Counted from the first letter of the stretch, positions 1 to 14,310 are shown. The stretch: DNA of 64,000 nt from Selaginella moellendorffii (GCF_000143415.4 NW_003314264.1:2303710-2367709), one strand, 5' to 3'. Program-made: numbers and translations. The notes: generated from the sequence alone by a model not told the origin.

Positions 1-1
1 G

Positions 2-334
2 ATGGACAAGAACGACGGGCCTTACCTCCTCTTTGGCGTGCTCTTGTCCAGGGGGTTTCGTGTCACTTTTTACAGGTGGGAGCGCGGTGGCTATGGCGAC
101 GAGGTGCGCAAGGACGTGTGCTATCCCGCCTTCAATTTCAACATACCGCACGAGGTTCGCGACGTGATCGGGCCGACCATCCGCGGAATGCTGAATGAAG
201 TCATTCGCCAAGATCGCACCGACGCTCGGAACAATCTCAAGGTGCTCAAGGCGGGAAAAGACGCCAGGATGATCCAGCCGCATGAGTACGATCTGTTCGT
301 GGACTATCCAGATCGTGATGTTATTCTGGTGTGA
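2..334 (+). CDS. 3' end of an unidentified ORF (probably truncated by the window edge)
   Basis: 110-aa open frame with coding-like GC3 bias ending TGA at 334; no family recognised. Confidence 0.35.
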   Translation: MDKNDGPYLLFGVLLSRGFRVTFYRWERGGYGDEVRKDVCYPAFNFNIPHEVRDVIGPTIRGMLNEVIRQDRTDARNNLKVLKAGKDARMIQPHEYDLFVDYPDRDVILV

Positions 335-1939
335 AGCTTGTGCTTGACCAAGTTTGGGTTCATTGCTGTGGCCTAGAGATCGCAAGGCTTTTTTTGTTTT
401 TCCTCTACTTTGGCTGCTAGTTTGACGAAGGCAAGCCGCCTAGACGGGCACAACAAGCGCCGGCAACCGGATTCTGTCGCCAGTTAAAGTCCTCCATTAA
501 CTCAAAGTACGCATCGCTTGACATGAGTTCTTGAGAGTGAGGGAGCACGGGGAGGGAAAACCAAGTCTTTGCACTCTTCTTTAACTTCATCTCTGCTTGT
601 GAAGTTTTGAATTTGGTAGCAGCTCAATTTTGTGAGGGAAAGCCTTGAAGATTTTAATAACTTCAATTATATTGCTTAGGTCATATGATTAGTGGATTTT
701 GCATCATTTTTCTCCTAACCGCTCGGTTTTCTAACAATTTCTCACAGCTAGAAGGTCTATTTGGGTTGTTCTTTGATGTGTCACCAATGCCTGACCTGGT
801 CACTGAACGTGGATTGGAATGGAGGAGGAGGGGAGGATTGGGAATTCAAATATTAGAACAGCATAGCCTGGTCTGAGGAGCCTAGTTTGCGCCTGCCTGT
901 GCCTGACGAAGGATCACTGTCCCTAAATAGTACTTTAGCAGCCATAGTGTTGTAGATCTTGAAAATGATGCCAGCCATGATGCTTTAGATATGACGAAAA
1001 GAACACCTTATTTTGACATGTAGAGACCAAAACAACCATAACTCCTAGGATATGAAGCACCTCGGCTACCACTTTAGCTCGTCAAAAAGAGGAGATCAAC
1101 AGCTTTCTAACAAGGCAGAACTACCGCATTCAGAAGATGCCATCACTGGAAACTCAGCACTACAAACTGGAAAAGAACAAAAAGTTGTCCAGCAAATCTG
1201 GAGATCAAAACAAATACAAGAGCCTCAAAAGGACTCAAAGGGAATTGTTGCAGTGAGAGTTTAAGATGCATGAGTGGAGGGCTGAGCTACTTCAAAGAGT
1301 ATTGGTGTAAAGAAAGGAGATGCCACATTGCACAGTTGTGACCATTTGCTGCTACCAAGAAATTAAATGTTTACTCTCACTCAACTCCTCATAAGCACCT
1401 TCCATGACTCGTTAGGTGTATGGTTGAACGGTTTGAGATGTGGCTATCACATTTTGGCCTCCTTTGAATTCAGTTGCTGAAAAGAAGAAGAATTTATCAT
1501 TGAGATCAGTGAAAAGATTTTGCTCACCCAAGTTTTTGTCTTCCACAAAGCCTAAAATTGGTACCACTCGCGATGGATAGACAAATATTAATGTAGATTT
1601 TCCCGTCTAATTGAAACACCATCATCTTCTCTGGGTGTGTAGTAACACCAAGCTGCTCCCAATCCATCAATGAATAGGCAAAGTTAGCATTAACCTATCC
1701 CATTAGCCAAGCGCAGCAGAGAAACAAGAGGTAGGGTTAATCCAGGAGAGCCTGAAAGAATGGCGTTTGCATCCCTCGGGTTGTTAGTAAATGGGGTCAC
1801 TGAGACCCCCCCGTAGTGCTAAGTCGGTGGTACCCAAGGAGGCCCGATGCGTTTTGTAAAAATTTCTTCCTAAAAGGTTAGTGAATCGTTTTTCCACCGT
1901 GAAAGACGAAAAGGGTTTTAGTCCCAAGGTTTGGGGTTT

Positions 1940-2880
1940 ATGCCAATGAGCGATGGCGATGGGAAAACGAGGCTGGCCTTCTGGCAACACATGGTGGCGG
2001 GCTCGCTCACGGTCGAGCACTCGGCAATGTTCCCGGTGGACACCGTCAAGACCCACGTCCAGATGACTCCATCGTCATCCTCTTCTCCCTGCTCTTGCGG
2101 CTCGCTGCGAGCCCTCTCCGGCGCTGTGCGATCCATCCTCAAGAGCAATGGCCCCGCGGGCTTCTACAGGGGCTGGGCGCGGTGGCGATCGGCGCTGGGC
2201 CCTCGCACGCCCTCCACTTTGCGGTGTACGAGCTCGTCCGCGATCGGCTCGAGGACGAGCACCGGCGGCGCCACCACCGCGTGGCGGCGGACATGGCCGC
2301 GGGCGCCGCCGCCACCATCGCCCTCCACACGCCCATGGACGTGGTGAAGCAGCGCCTCCAGCTCGGCCACCGGGCCGGCGTGTACGGCTGCATACGGAGG
2401 ATCTCCGTACCGAGGGGTTCCGGGTGTTTTACGCGTCCTACGGCACCACGGTGCTCATAAACGTCCCCTTCTCCGCCGTACAGTTCGCCATGTACGCGGC
2501 CGTCAAGAGGAGGATGCTGGACGCCGGGGAGCATCGGCGTACGGACGGGGACGTGACGACGCCGCCGGGGCCGCGGCGGGGGCGCTGGCCAGCGGGTTTA
2601 CCACCCCGTTTGACGTGGTAAAAAAGAGGCTTTCTCTTCTTGTTCATCTTGCTCATGTGATGGAATTTTCTTACCAGGGTGTTTGCGGTGCTGCAAAGCA
2701 TGGGACGAATTCTATAGCTGCGGTTGCGCAACACATTGTTGCAAAGGAAGGCTGGGCGGCGGGTCGCCATCCACGGCGATTATCTGGTCGACTTACGAGG
2801 CTGGGAAGGCGTTTCTACGTACTTTGGACTCGTCCAAGGCAAGCGCGAGCGTTAAAAACCAATGGTTTTGTTTTTGTTGA
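1940..2880 (+). pseudogene. Mitochondrial carrier, mitoferrin/MRS3-4-like; frameshifted and apparently intronless
   Basis: Carrier motifs are spread over several frames: FWQHMVAGS..VEHSAMFPVDTVKT; GLGAVAIGAGPSHALHFAVYE..TPMDVVKQRLQL; EGFRVFYASYGTTVLINVPFSAVQFAMY; PSTAIIWSTYEAGKAFL. Frameshifts near 2170, 2410 and 2560. Confidence 0.8.
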
Positions 2881-2984
2881 GAGATCGTCTAGTTATCTAG
2901 ACTCATTACAATTTTGTGAGATGCCTGTATCAAATTATTCATGTTGCAAAAAACGCTATTATATGTACACGAAGAAAATCAATC

Positions 2985-3734
2985 CTAGAAGAAGCACAAG
3001 CACAGCAACACAAAGAAGCCCACGAACAAGAGCATCTTGGACAAAAACCTCTCTTGCTCTTGCTGGGCACTTAACGCAGCATTAGCGGGATTACTCGTCC
3101 CATTCGCACTAGCACCAGCACCGCCGCCGCTGCCTCCATTTCCTCCTCGGCTCCCACCTCCGGCTCCGCCGCCGCCACCATTCCCGCCACCGCCACCGCC
3201 GCCAGAAACTCCCGCGCTCCCAAACCCGAGGTCGGGGAAGCCGTTGCTCGTGGCGGAGAAGCCAAAGAGGAATGGAAACAGTCCAAAGCCGAGCGTCACG
3301 TTTCCAAACTGCGTCGTCGCCGATGGCCCTGTGAAGAAACTAAAGCCCATTTGCTGGAACGCTCCTCCTCCGGAGTGAGAATTTTGCCTGTGCTGGTGTG
3401 GGAGATCGGTCCTCTGGCCGGGCGGGCGATTGGGGATATTTTCCACGCCCTTTTTGCGCGGATCGCTGGTGCCCTTGCCGCGGCCATAGATCGGGATCAC
3501 CTTGGCCTCCTCCACGGCGGATTTGCAGACGGGGCATTCTGTGCAGCTGGATCGCGAGGCGAGCCAGCGGTAGAGGCAGGGCCAGCAGAAGAGATGGCCG
3601 CAGTGCGTGACCACCGGATCCTGCGCAAGCTCCAGGCAGATGTTGCAATCGTAGCTACCTGATCCGCCATCGCTGCCGCCGGCGCTGGCGCCATTGCTGG
3701 TGGCGCCGCTGGGATCGCCGGTGCTGGAATCCAT
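2985..3734 (-). CDS. RING-HC E3 ubiquitin ligase, RMA1/RNF5/RNF185 type, tail-anchored
   Basis: YDCNICLELAQDPVVTHCGHLFCWPCLYRW..CPVCK..VIPIYGRG, IPNRPPGQR, Gly-rich linker and C-terminal hydrophobic anchor; single exon, ATG at 3734. Confidence 0.93.
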   Translation of the reverse strand: MDSSTGDPSGATSNGASAGGSDGGSGSYDCNICLELAQDPVVTHCGHLFCWPCLYRWLASRSSCTECPVCKSAVEEAKVIPIYGRGKGTSDPRKKGVENIPNRPPGQRTDLPHQHRQNSHSGGGAFQQMGFSFFTGPSATTQFGNVTLGFGLFPFLFGFSATSNGFPDLGFGSAGVSGGGGGGGNGGGGGAGGGSRGGNGGSGGGAGASANGTSNPANAALSAQQEQERFLSKMLLFVGFFVLLCLCFF

Positions 3735-3898
3735 GCGAGAGGATCGATGGAGCAAGCCCTAGAAATATCGTGGACCAAATGGCTAGGGTTTTTTTCCTTT
3801 ATCTTCTTTTGTGTTAAGTTTCCAATGACGAGGGCTTTCGTCGTTGGTTCTCACGGGGTTGGGGCGGTGTTTGCGCCAGGCGCTAAAGAGCGCTGGCG
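3735..3898. promoter_or_regulatory. Short bidirectional promoter region between RING E3 and dioxygenase
   Basis: 164 bp between divergent ATGs; telo-box CTAGGGTTT at 3783-3791. Confidence 0.55.
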
Positions 3899-5240
<1,342 letters not shown>

Positions 5241-5546
5241 TCAAAGGCACAGGAGTTCCAGTTTCGCAAATACTATCATAGAGAATAGAGAAAACACTAC
5301 TTCTTATACCATAATGTCATACTTGTTGAGATACTGGACAAGACCATCGAAATCCACTGCATGTCCGAAATTGTGTATCGTCTCACGTAGCCATTTCATG
5401 CGGTGGCCAAATTCTCTCAAAAGTTTCTTGCAAAACAATACAAAGGGATCATAAGTAAGTTACACCGCCTACGGATCCTCGACAGTAAGTTAATATCTCC
5501 ACGTAAAAAAAAATCGTTCCCAAAAAGGAAATAGAATTACTTTTTC

Positions 5547-7785
5547 TTACGTGCCAGCTCGACTCATGGAAATTGCTCCTCCATTAACAGCAACACCTTT
5601 CCCTTTCCCGCCCAGCATCCTCCTCACCGAAACGAGGGGGTCCATCTTCTCTCACAAGAAACGCAACCGTTATACAAAAGAAACAAGAGAAAACAATCTC
5701 GCAGTACTCACCTTATTGACAGCGGCAGCCTTGTCTCTATCACTCACAACGCCGGACTTCGCATTCGTCGCGGCGCAAGAGAAGATAGCGTCGATCGTCA
5801 TCTGCCAGCCACACTTTCCTGACTGATCTGCCGCATTCGAACTTATCCAAGGACAAAAATAGCGATGGTGATGGACGGGATCGAATTCGCTCGGGCTGCC
5901 TGTCACAGTTCACAGAATCGTGACGGATAACCAACGAGAAAACAAAAAAATTCCTAGGACAAAACCGAGGAGCATCTAACGTACCACTGAAAATCGCGGC
6001 TTCCTTTGCAACGTCCTGGCTCGCGGCCTTCTCTCGGCTCAGTACTGTGTCCTGCTCCTCGTCGCTTCCTTGTGGAGAGCACTCCACACTCTCGGCAGAG
6101 TTTTCGTGCCTGTTGTGGTTATACGACGTCTCCACCGCGTTCACGGACGAGCTGCCCGGCAAGCCGTCCACGGCTTTCAGTTTCTTCCTGTGTGCCGACT
6201 CCGAATCACGTTTTCTCTTGCTGCTCGACCTGTCCTGTACCGTTGTTTTCTCGGCCGGCTCTTGCTCCAGAGTCGACTTTCTCGGCTGGAAGTCATCGTG
6301 CCGCTGACTGTTGAGCCCCGGAATGGGAATGGAGGCCGGAGAGGGTGCTGAGAGTCGCGTTGGTCGTGGACCGCCGGCTATAGTAAGAGTGAGATCGAGA
6401 CCCGGGTTTTTCTTTGAATCGTCGACCGCAGCGGCGTCGTTGTCTTCGGAGATCGTGGCTTCTGCGTTGACAGTGTCGATGTTTTCGGCTGCGTTGTCGT
6501 CAACGTGTGCATTGACATCACCGGCGGGGAGGACTTCAACGTTCTTCTTCGCGGATGCTTCGATGGTTGACAAGATTGCCGTGATGGAGAGCGAAGAACG
6601 GCTCAAAGTCCGGAACCTCCACAGCCCAACGCTTGCCTTGCACAGACGACACTCCAAAACTGCTGAGCAGGGATCGCTGCCTGTTGCAAGAGAAACCCTG
6701 AGCTCGTGAGAATCCACATTGGAGTCGTGACTATCAACAGCGTAAGGAAGAAGCCGCACCTCCCATCCACAGAGACTTATAAGCTTTTGGGCCTGTAAGT
6801 TATAGCAAACGATCAGACCTTGACAAGACAAACTACAGCTTTACCAACCTGTAGAAACGCCTCGTATGTTTGTCGCAGCTTTTGCACAGCCTCTCCTTGT
6901 GCAGCTTCTAACTCTCGGACTGCAGCATCATTCGAAGGCAACGCCAGCAAACTTGCAACTTGATCCCCTCTCGAGATCTTCATGCGCTCGACAGTCGAAG
7001 AGGAAATCACCGGAAGATCAGAGAGAAGTGCCACGGATTGCAAGCGTGCTTCGTATGCTTGAACTAAAACTGGAGCAGGAGTTGGCGGAAAAGCTGCAAG
7101 ATCTTCGCCACAGCCATTTCCTTTCCACGGACAAGATGTCTTGTGGCCATCGTGAAGCTTTCGCGAAAACTCCAGCCCCGCCGTTTCAACTGGCATTCAA
7201 TCAAGGAAATAAGATGACGGTCTCTAGTCACACAGAAAAGTACCTTCCTTCTTCGACCATGTCGCTGGAAAGGAGAAACTTAGACGCGATCCACAGACCT
7301 CGCAGCAGAGCAAATCCATATCGACATTGATCCATCCTCTTTGTGCACAGGCAACAGGGCCCGCTGCCTGATAGCAAGAGTGAGATGAGAAAGAGAAGCA
7401 GGAGTTCTTCTCACTTACCGATGGTTTTCCAAACCAGCTCACGGATTTAAAGGTCCCCAGGCGCCGCAACAAATCTTCTCGATCCCATGGCCGGCAGCTC
7501 GGCGTGGAACTGGACGCTATTTCTCCAGCATTCTTCTCTCCGGCATTCTTCTCACCGGGACTTCTCTCAAGCGCGAGAGGCGTGACGACCCGGCGCTCCA
7601 AAATGCTCTTTGTTGGTGGAGACGAGGAGCTTCTCAAAACATAAAACGAAATCTAAGCTATGAATAGCCACGAATACTGCGAGACATTACCATGAAGACG
7701 CCGCCTGGATCGGCGACGAGAAGATCCTGTCCATCGCTCGCTGAATGCGCTGCTCGGCATCGTCGTCCTTGTCGCCGCTCGTCAT
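5547..7785 (-). CDS. C3HC zinc-finger / NIPA (ZC3HC1, Rsm1)-like protein, multi-exon
   Basis: CRPWDREDLLRRLGTFKSVSWFGKP, CAQRGWINVDMDLLCCEVCG, HKTSCPWKGNGC, LISLCGWE, CRLCKASVGLW, EFDPVHHHRYFCPW; GT-AG introns; stop inferred at 5547. Confidence 0.88.
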
Positions 7786-9733
7786 CCCGAGTGAAAGCCC
7801 TAGATCATTATTTCCCTCAAGAACCCTAAAGAGTTTGGGAAGGACAAGGGAAAAACCCTAGGAAGGAAGCGCACAGCGGCGCCATTGTGTTTGAGCGGTC
7901 GATCGTTTGGCGATGGCGGGGCCTGCGGGGGGTCCATACTCCGGGACGAGCACACTGGCTATGGTGAGCGCCTCCATCTCTCGCCCAGATTGAGCTCGTT
8001 TGATCGGGTTTGTTCCGTGGATCTTAGGTCGCTAGAGTCTCTGCGTTCTCATTTGGGCTTGTCTATGGTGCGATGAAGTTAAGTTACTTGAAGGTAATCT
8101 TTGCGATCCCACCTTTTCTTGCTTGTTCACGGTTTTCTTTATTGTTTCTTCGTAGGCAAAGGCTCGATCGGAGCAAAGGGCTGCCGCCAAAATGGCACAC
8201 TGAGACGGAGAGAACTTTCCACAGCCACCTTCCATTTCAACCCTCGGGGACTCTTTTGATAAACCTTGGAATGGTATGGTTCATTTTTCCGCAATAGCAG
8301 CAGCTAGCAACGAATTTTTCCCCCGAGGATTCTAATCTCTTCTTTTTGGATCATTTGGATCAAAGAATAAGCTCCTGGAGAGTCTCTTTTTCCGAAGAAG
8401 TTCTGCTCTTGCTCGCTGGGCCTTGATGACACAGAAACATTTCTCGATGCTGAGAGGAAAAAAAATATCCCTGCTGAGAAATCGTGCGTAGTGTCTGATG
8501 CCCAGGACCAAGGACTTAAGGGTTTTTAGGGCACATGGAGGATGGCACATGGATGTGCCATGCATGTAGCCATGATGCGGCCATATCCACTTGGCGCAAG
8601 TTGCCTGATATTGACGTGACAGTGATGTGGGATCCGCATGCATGCCAATGGATGCGTAGGTATGCGCATATATGACAGGCCACAAGTGGGCACATGGGGC
8701 CGCTAGGATGGCTCGCCGAGCTTGCTTGTGACGAGCAAGTGAGGCACCAGGAATTGGATGTAAGCGCTGTAACTCTTTTTTTTCTTGTTTGTAAAGGTTT
8801 TTCGTTCTTATATTTTCCTGTAGTTCGCGATTTTGTTCTATCCGTGGGGCTGCAGACAAGCATTTTTATACGCATTACTATTTACAATATCATGCTTTTT
8901 TCCCGCCTTTTGCAACTTGCTTCTGCCGCCAAGGAAAATCTTAAAACGCTCCGCTGACGCAGCTTGGTGTTAAATTTTTCCGCCATGGCAATGATAATGT
9001 AATGAGCCGAAGGCGGTGTTCAACGAATTCTCGTACGGAGGCGGTGGTTTCTTGTGGACAAGGCGCGGCTTTTTGGATCGGGGAATCAAAGGGCAACTTG
9101 GTGTGTACGGTAGGGCGACATGTCGCACGTGCGATCCTACATTCGCTGCTACCAACGTTTGCCTAGTGGATGAGGTTGGGCGTACGGCGGGCATCAAATA
9201 GTATATCCGGTGGATGGCATGGTTGCACGGCATGCCATGGCATGGCATGGGCAGTATGGGTCCATCAATGGGATCTCCTCCTATGGTTACTTACACCCTC
9301 CTCGTCGCTGTGGTCCGGCTGTGTTCTAGGTAGAGCTGCGCTCCCCTCCCTCCTTCTCGATCATTGGCGCAGGGCTGGAATCGCGAGCGCCGAGCGCCTC
9401 ACGATCTCTATCTGCTCAATCCGGAGGTGAGAAGCGCCTCTGCTGGGATCCCCGCGGTGGAAATCCCGCTGCCGGGGCCGGAAATTCCCCTCGCATTGGG
9501 GCTTGCGGGGCTCGTCCGAGGCGGCGCTGGCGGAATCCGGCATGGGAGCGCGGGCGTGAGAGTGCGCGCGCGATCGGTCGATATTTCGGGCGGCGAGGGA
9601 GCGGCAGCGCTGGATGCAATGTGCAGGGTAAGCGCGAGCGGGCGAATCTTGGCGCTCTCTTTCTCTTGATCCAAGATCCCTCTTCTTGTTCTTGGAGCCA
9701 AAAGAGGAATCAGCGAGAAAGAGATAGAGAGCG

Positions 9734-10525
9734 ATGCTGATGAAATCCTGTGTGCAGCAAGGAGGAAACCACGACGCATTCGGGCGGTTCGAGCAAGATC
9801 ACGACGACGGGGATCGGCACCGGGGCCAGCGCCTGCGCGAGCGGCGGCGGCGCCACGGCGGCGGCGCAGCGGAGGAAGCGGCGATGGGGCCTTCCGCGGA
9901 GGATGGATTGCACAGCCAGGTGTGGCGGTGGATGTACCAGCTGACGGACGAGGAGGTGGAGAAGCTGCCCGAGGAGGTGTGGGAGTACCACCGCGCGCGC
10001 AGCGGCGGCGCGGGCATCGGGCCCAACGAGTGCTGCTCGGTGCTGATCCAGCGCGTGAGGGCGCCGCTGCCGGTGGTCTGGTCGGTGGTGCGCCGCTTCG
10101 ACAAGCCCCAGCTCTACAAGAACTTCATCCGGAGCTGCAGCTTCAAGGGGGACGAGTTAAGGGTGGGGTGTACGCGCGAGGTGACCGTCGTCTCGGGCCT
10201 GCCCGCCACCTCCAGCACCGAGAGGCTGGAGATCCTGGACGATGACAAGCACGTCTTGAGCTTCCGGGTGGTGGGCGGGGATCACCGGCTCAACAACTAT
10301 CGCTCGGTGACTAGCTTGCACGAATTCGACGTTGAGGGGGCCAAGGGGACGCTGGTGGTGGAGTCGTATGTGGTGGACGTGCCGCCCGGGAACACGAGGC
10401 AGGATACTTGCTTGTTCACGGACACGGTGGTGCGATGCAACCTCCAGAGCCTGGCACACATGACGGAGAAGCTGGCGGTGGCTTGTGCTAGCGAGCAGCA
10501 TCGCCAGCTCCATCAAGCAAGGTGA
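9734..10525 (+). CDS. PYL: Abscisic acid receptor of the PYR/PYL/RCAR family
   Basis: VWSVVRRFDKPQLYKNFIRSC, gate loop SGLPA, latch HRL, VVESYVVDVPPGNT..DTCLFTDTVVRCNLQSL; start codon uncertain (see findings). Confidence 0.95.
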   Translation: MLMKSCVQQGGNHDAFGRFEQDHDDGDRHRGQRLRERRRRHGGGAAEEAAMGPSAEDGLHSQVWRWMYQLTDEEVEKLPEEVWEYHRARSGGAGIGPNECCSVLIQRVRAPLPVVWSVVRRFDKPQLYKNFIRSCSFKGDELRVGCTREVTVVSGLPATSSTERLEILDDDKHVLSFRVVGGDHRLNNYRSVTSLHEFDVEGAKGTLVVESYVVDVPPGNTRQDTCLFTDTVVRCNLQSLAHMTEKLAVACASEQHRQLHQAR

Positions 10526-11295
10526 AACTTTGCTCCTTCGTTGTGGTGTTTTTTTTTTCTTTTTTCCCTCTCTTTCTCCCTCTTTTGGTTTTGGGCCTCT
10601 CGTCGCCTTTTTATTTTTTTCTCAGTTTATTTGGAGAGGGTGGTTCTCGCTTTCTTTTCTTGCTTCCCCTTTTTCGCTGTCTTTTAAGAGAATCCTGCTA
10701 CTTCTGCTGCCGCTGCTGCTGCTGCTGCTACTCGTTGTCTTTACTTTTCTACTTTCTCTTTTGAGGGGACACTCCTTAAACTCTTTCTTAAGGTCTCGGC
10801 AAGACGAACACAGGAAGAAGAAAGACAAAGAAGACGAAGCAAACGAAACACACACACGCGATGAACTGCTCAGGCGATTACTGCTTAAGAGCTCAACCAC
10901 ATCTTATCTCTCTATTTCTTCCTTGCATGCTGTATTTATCATGTGTGGCAATGGCAATACATGATGCTCTCCGTTTTTTTTAATTTTTCTTTGCAGCCTC
11001 AGTGATTCGGGCAGGACTGGTCGATCGATAGCTAGCTCTCAAACAAAACAGCGCAGGGGGCAGCGTTATCGCTGGCAGCAGTCTCAGAAATAAAACGAAC
11101 GGCATGCCCCGCTAGAGGGGGGCGTGGAAATGATCGACACCATTTAGGTGGAATGGGACAATCCAGCTTTGGTACTGTACAACGGAATTTGGCCTATAGC
11201 CAGGTTTTGATATCTCGCAGCATGGCTCATGGCATATGGGAAAGTTAACTTAAGCCCAACATTAGCAGCCACTCACCTCGAGGAGAATGAGTGCT

Positions 11296-14200
11296 TCATC
11301 CGCCCAAGGGGTTGGTCTGGAGGCTCTGGAGAAAGCTTGTTCCATTGCACAGCTTCGTGGTAAGCACAATCACGTCATGTTTCATCGATTCCTGCAGGAA
11401 TATTTGTCTCCAGCACGTTAGGAACAGAAACGTTCTTCTAGAGAAAGGGTGAGACATACCTGAGCGCTCAGGAATCGCAGGGCTGATATCTCGGCAAAGG
11501 TGACTCCGCCAATGAAAACCACCAGCACCAGTGCTCGGCGACCGTCCACGCTACAATCAAATCGTTTTGTCGGTGTTAAAGCTCAAGATTTGGTTTCTCT
11601 TTTCTCAGCTTACTTGTTCGCGAGGTCGGTTAAGTTGTTCGCTGATGGCATTCTTTGATGTCCTGTTGTTAAGTTGGTCAAAGACGGTGGTCTGTGAGAG
11701 AAGCTACTTCTTCTTTGCTGCTGTGATCCCTATAAAACGAACTTTTCTTTTCCTTTTCTCTTTTAAATTTAACTCGGTTCTTTACCTGTCGTTCTTCGAA
11801 AGTCGCTCCGGGAAGCAGCTTCATCATATCCTCAATCCCTCGCCTGCAGCGAGTGGATAAGAGTGAAATAGTCAAACAGCAGTGTTTAGCTTAGGCACCA
11901 AACTTACTCACCAGCCACTAGCATGCAGTGCATGTTGTACCAGTCTAATGCTCAGAGGAGCATAGCCCGAGAATGCGTAGGAGATATCCTTTGGACTAAA
12001 AACACACACGCACAGAGTTGGTCAAAACACGAGTTGCCTATTCCTGAAAACTCTGTTACTTTGAGTCGTCCGTATCGCTCACCACCAATCTGAGGCCCCG
12101 TTTCAGAGTCAGCCAATTGCTCTTTGATTCCTTCACAAGCGGGGAAAAAGCATTACCGCATAAGATCCTGACATCCGAACGACATCATACCTGCTTTCGC
12201 AAAAGCCCCGCCCTTTCCAAGTCGTTGATAAAAAATAAATTTTCCCAGCCATAGCTTTGAAGAAGCTCCCTTCTGCCCAAGACGAGACCCATTCAAGCAT
12301 GTCAAGCCGATAGAAGAGAAAGGGACACGAACCGGAAGTAATCAAAATGCTTCTTCTGTAAGCCATTGTTCGTTACTGAGAGAATAACGAGCAGTCTCAG
12401 AACGCTGATCAGTGGCTCCTGCTTGTTGATCATCTCTTCGATATACTCATAACAACTGATTCAGAAAGTGCTAGTGTCAGACTGAAAAAATATAACAGCA
12501 TTATAACGTACATATCATATTCCTGACCTTCAACGAGAGTCTGCTCCATAATCAACCGGCTCATGAACGAGCGCTTCCTGGTAAACGTGGTCAAATATTG
12601 AGAAATATCAATGTGTCGCTGAAAGAATAGCATCAGCACTTTGTTGTTTGCAAAGTACGATCTCACCGTCATCTCCGGAAGTGCATGCATCTTTTTGACA
12701 AACTTCTTGAGGTCTGAGAATTCTTGGTTCTGGACAAAAATATTAGGCACGGTAATTAAAAACGAGGTGCTACACTTACAGTAGTTTTAACATCCGTATA
12801 ATCTTGCTTCATGCTAGCTGCTTTTTCACGTAAAATCTGAAGACCAGGCTCGGAATTCATGACCGCAAAAACAAAACAACAGGAATTACCCCTCCCACAA
12901 CTCCAAAGTTGAGATCACGTAGATCTCTATATAATTTGTCACTGCAAAAAAAAAAAGAAAAAAATATAAGTGCATTCTACAAGTTGGATCATTTAATAAC
13001 CTTGAGTTCAGTGGAACCTTCACCTTCTTGTCCCCACCCAAAATTGCAGGATCCAGCTCAACACAACCGTTGTTTATGTTTAAAAACTGAAATAAATATA
13101 CTCATAGATGTTGCCAGAATAGCATGTTCTTACCTCGTCGACAAGACCCTCGTAGGTCAGCTGAGAGCACATCGGAGTTACAAGGTCCACCTAATGGACA
13201 GCTTTCGGTCAGATTTCAGATAAGCATGCTGGTACCTGTCTGTCGAGAAGGATTAGTGTGTCGATTTCCGGTTGTCCTTCCTGAAAAACAAAGCACTTGT
13301 GAAACTCTATCAAGAAAACTCGACATGTTTACGGGAGTAGTCAAAGCTTGTTCTTCTTGCATTTTCTTCATGATACTGAAGACTTTCTTTGCAGCGTCAC
13401 CCTTTCCCTTCACATTTGGAATAAGACCAAACCGCGACTGCGACGAAAGCAAACATATTTCAAATTTAGAGATGGATTCAAGCAATTGATGAAACCTGTA
13501 GGTTGTTAATTGTCAGTGCCAAATCCCACAAAGAGGTCGGGTCACCGTCGACTTGAAGCTCCTGACACCAGTGTTATCTCTAGAAACAAATTGCGAGGAA
13601 TAAAACTTACTTTCAAAACAAGCTCATGCTCCAGAGACAGTACATCGTCGTCAAAGGGTATAGGAAACATGCGGTACTCGCCAAAAGTAATGCCACCGTG
13701 TACTCCTTCTGCTTCTAAGACCTGGCAATATGAACGATGCAAAACTCAGAAAAGGAAACAAAGGAAGTAAAAAGTCTCACCTTCTCGCACGCTGTAGATC
13801 TTCTGGGCATGAAATACAGCGAGTACTGCCTTTCCTGTTGGTTTCGTTTATCATGTTGGATCTGAGCGGCTATAAGTTTCATCAAGGTCAAGTGAGGCCT
13901 GACAATATAAATAACGTTCGTGCAATCGGACTGAATTGGATCTCCGGAGAGATGAGATAAATTCTCCACTCCATGTTCCTGGACAAGCAAACGATGCAGA
14001 GCAATGCTGGAAAACCAACACTGATCAAATCACCTTTAAAAGAGAAATCTGGACGATAAGTGTGAGCGGTCCACTGAGCTTGGGATCCAGAACCAGGAGC
14101 TTCCTCCCCCGCATCTGGCAAAAAATCTTAGCACACACAAGGCATTCTTTTGGCAAAAACGACTTACCGAATCGAGCGCCTCGACAAGATCCAGCTGCGC

Positions 14201-14310
14201 TTCCTTCCTAAATTCAAGCGAGAGTGACAAGAATCTAGAAGGAAATGTAGAATAGACCTCAATCCGATGAGATTGATCGGCGCATTCTCCAGAGGAGGCA
14301 GCTGCGCCAT
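11296..14310 (-). CDS. VPS33: Vacuolar protein sorting 33 (Sec1/Munc18 family), many short introns
   Basis: MAQLPPLENAPINL.., YSLYFMPRRSTACEK, FPIPFDDDVLSLE, FGLIPNVKGKG, DLKKFVKKMHALPEM..RHI, LVVFIGGVTFAEISALRFLS; stop at 11296-11298. Confidence 0.92.

Noticed and set aside
335-1900. Possible decayed gene or TE remnant
   Set aside because: Only short ORFs, with no motif or terminal structure I can support
10485-10964. Hydrophobic ORF downstream of PYL
   Set aside because: T-rich 3' UTR with a short (CTG)n run; no ATG start or recognisable domain
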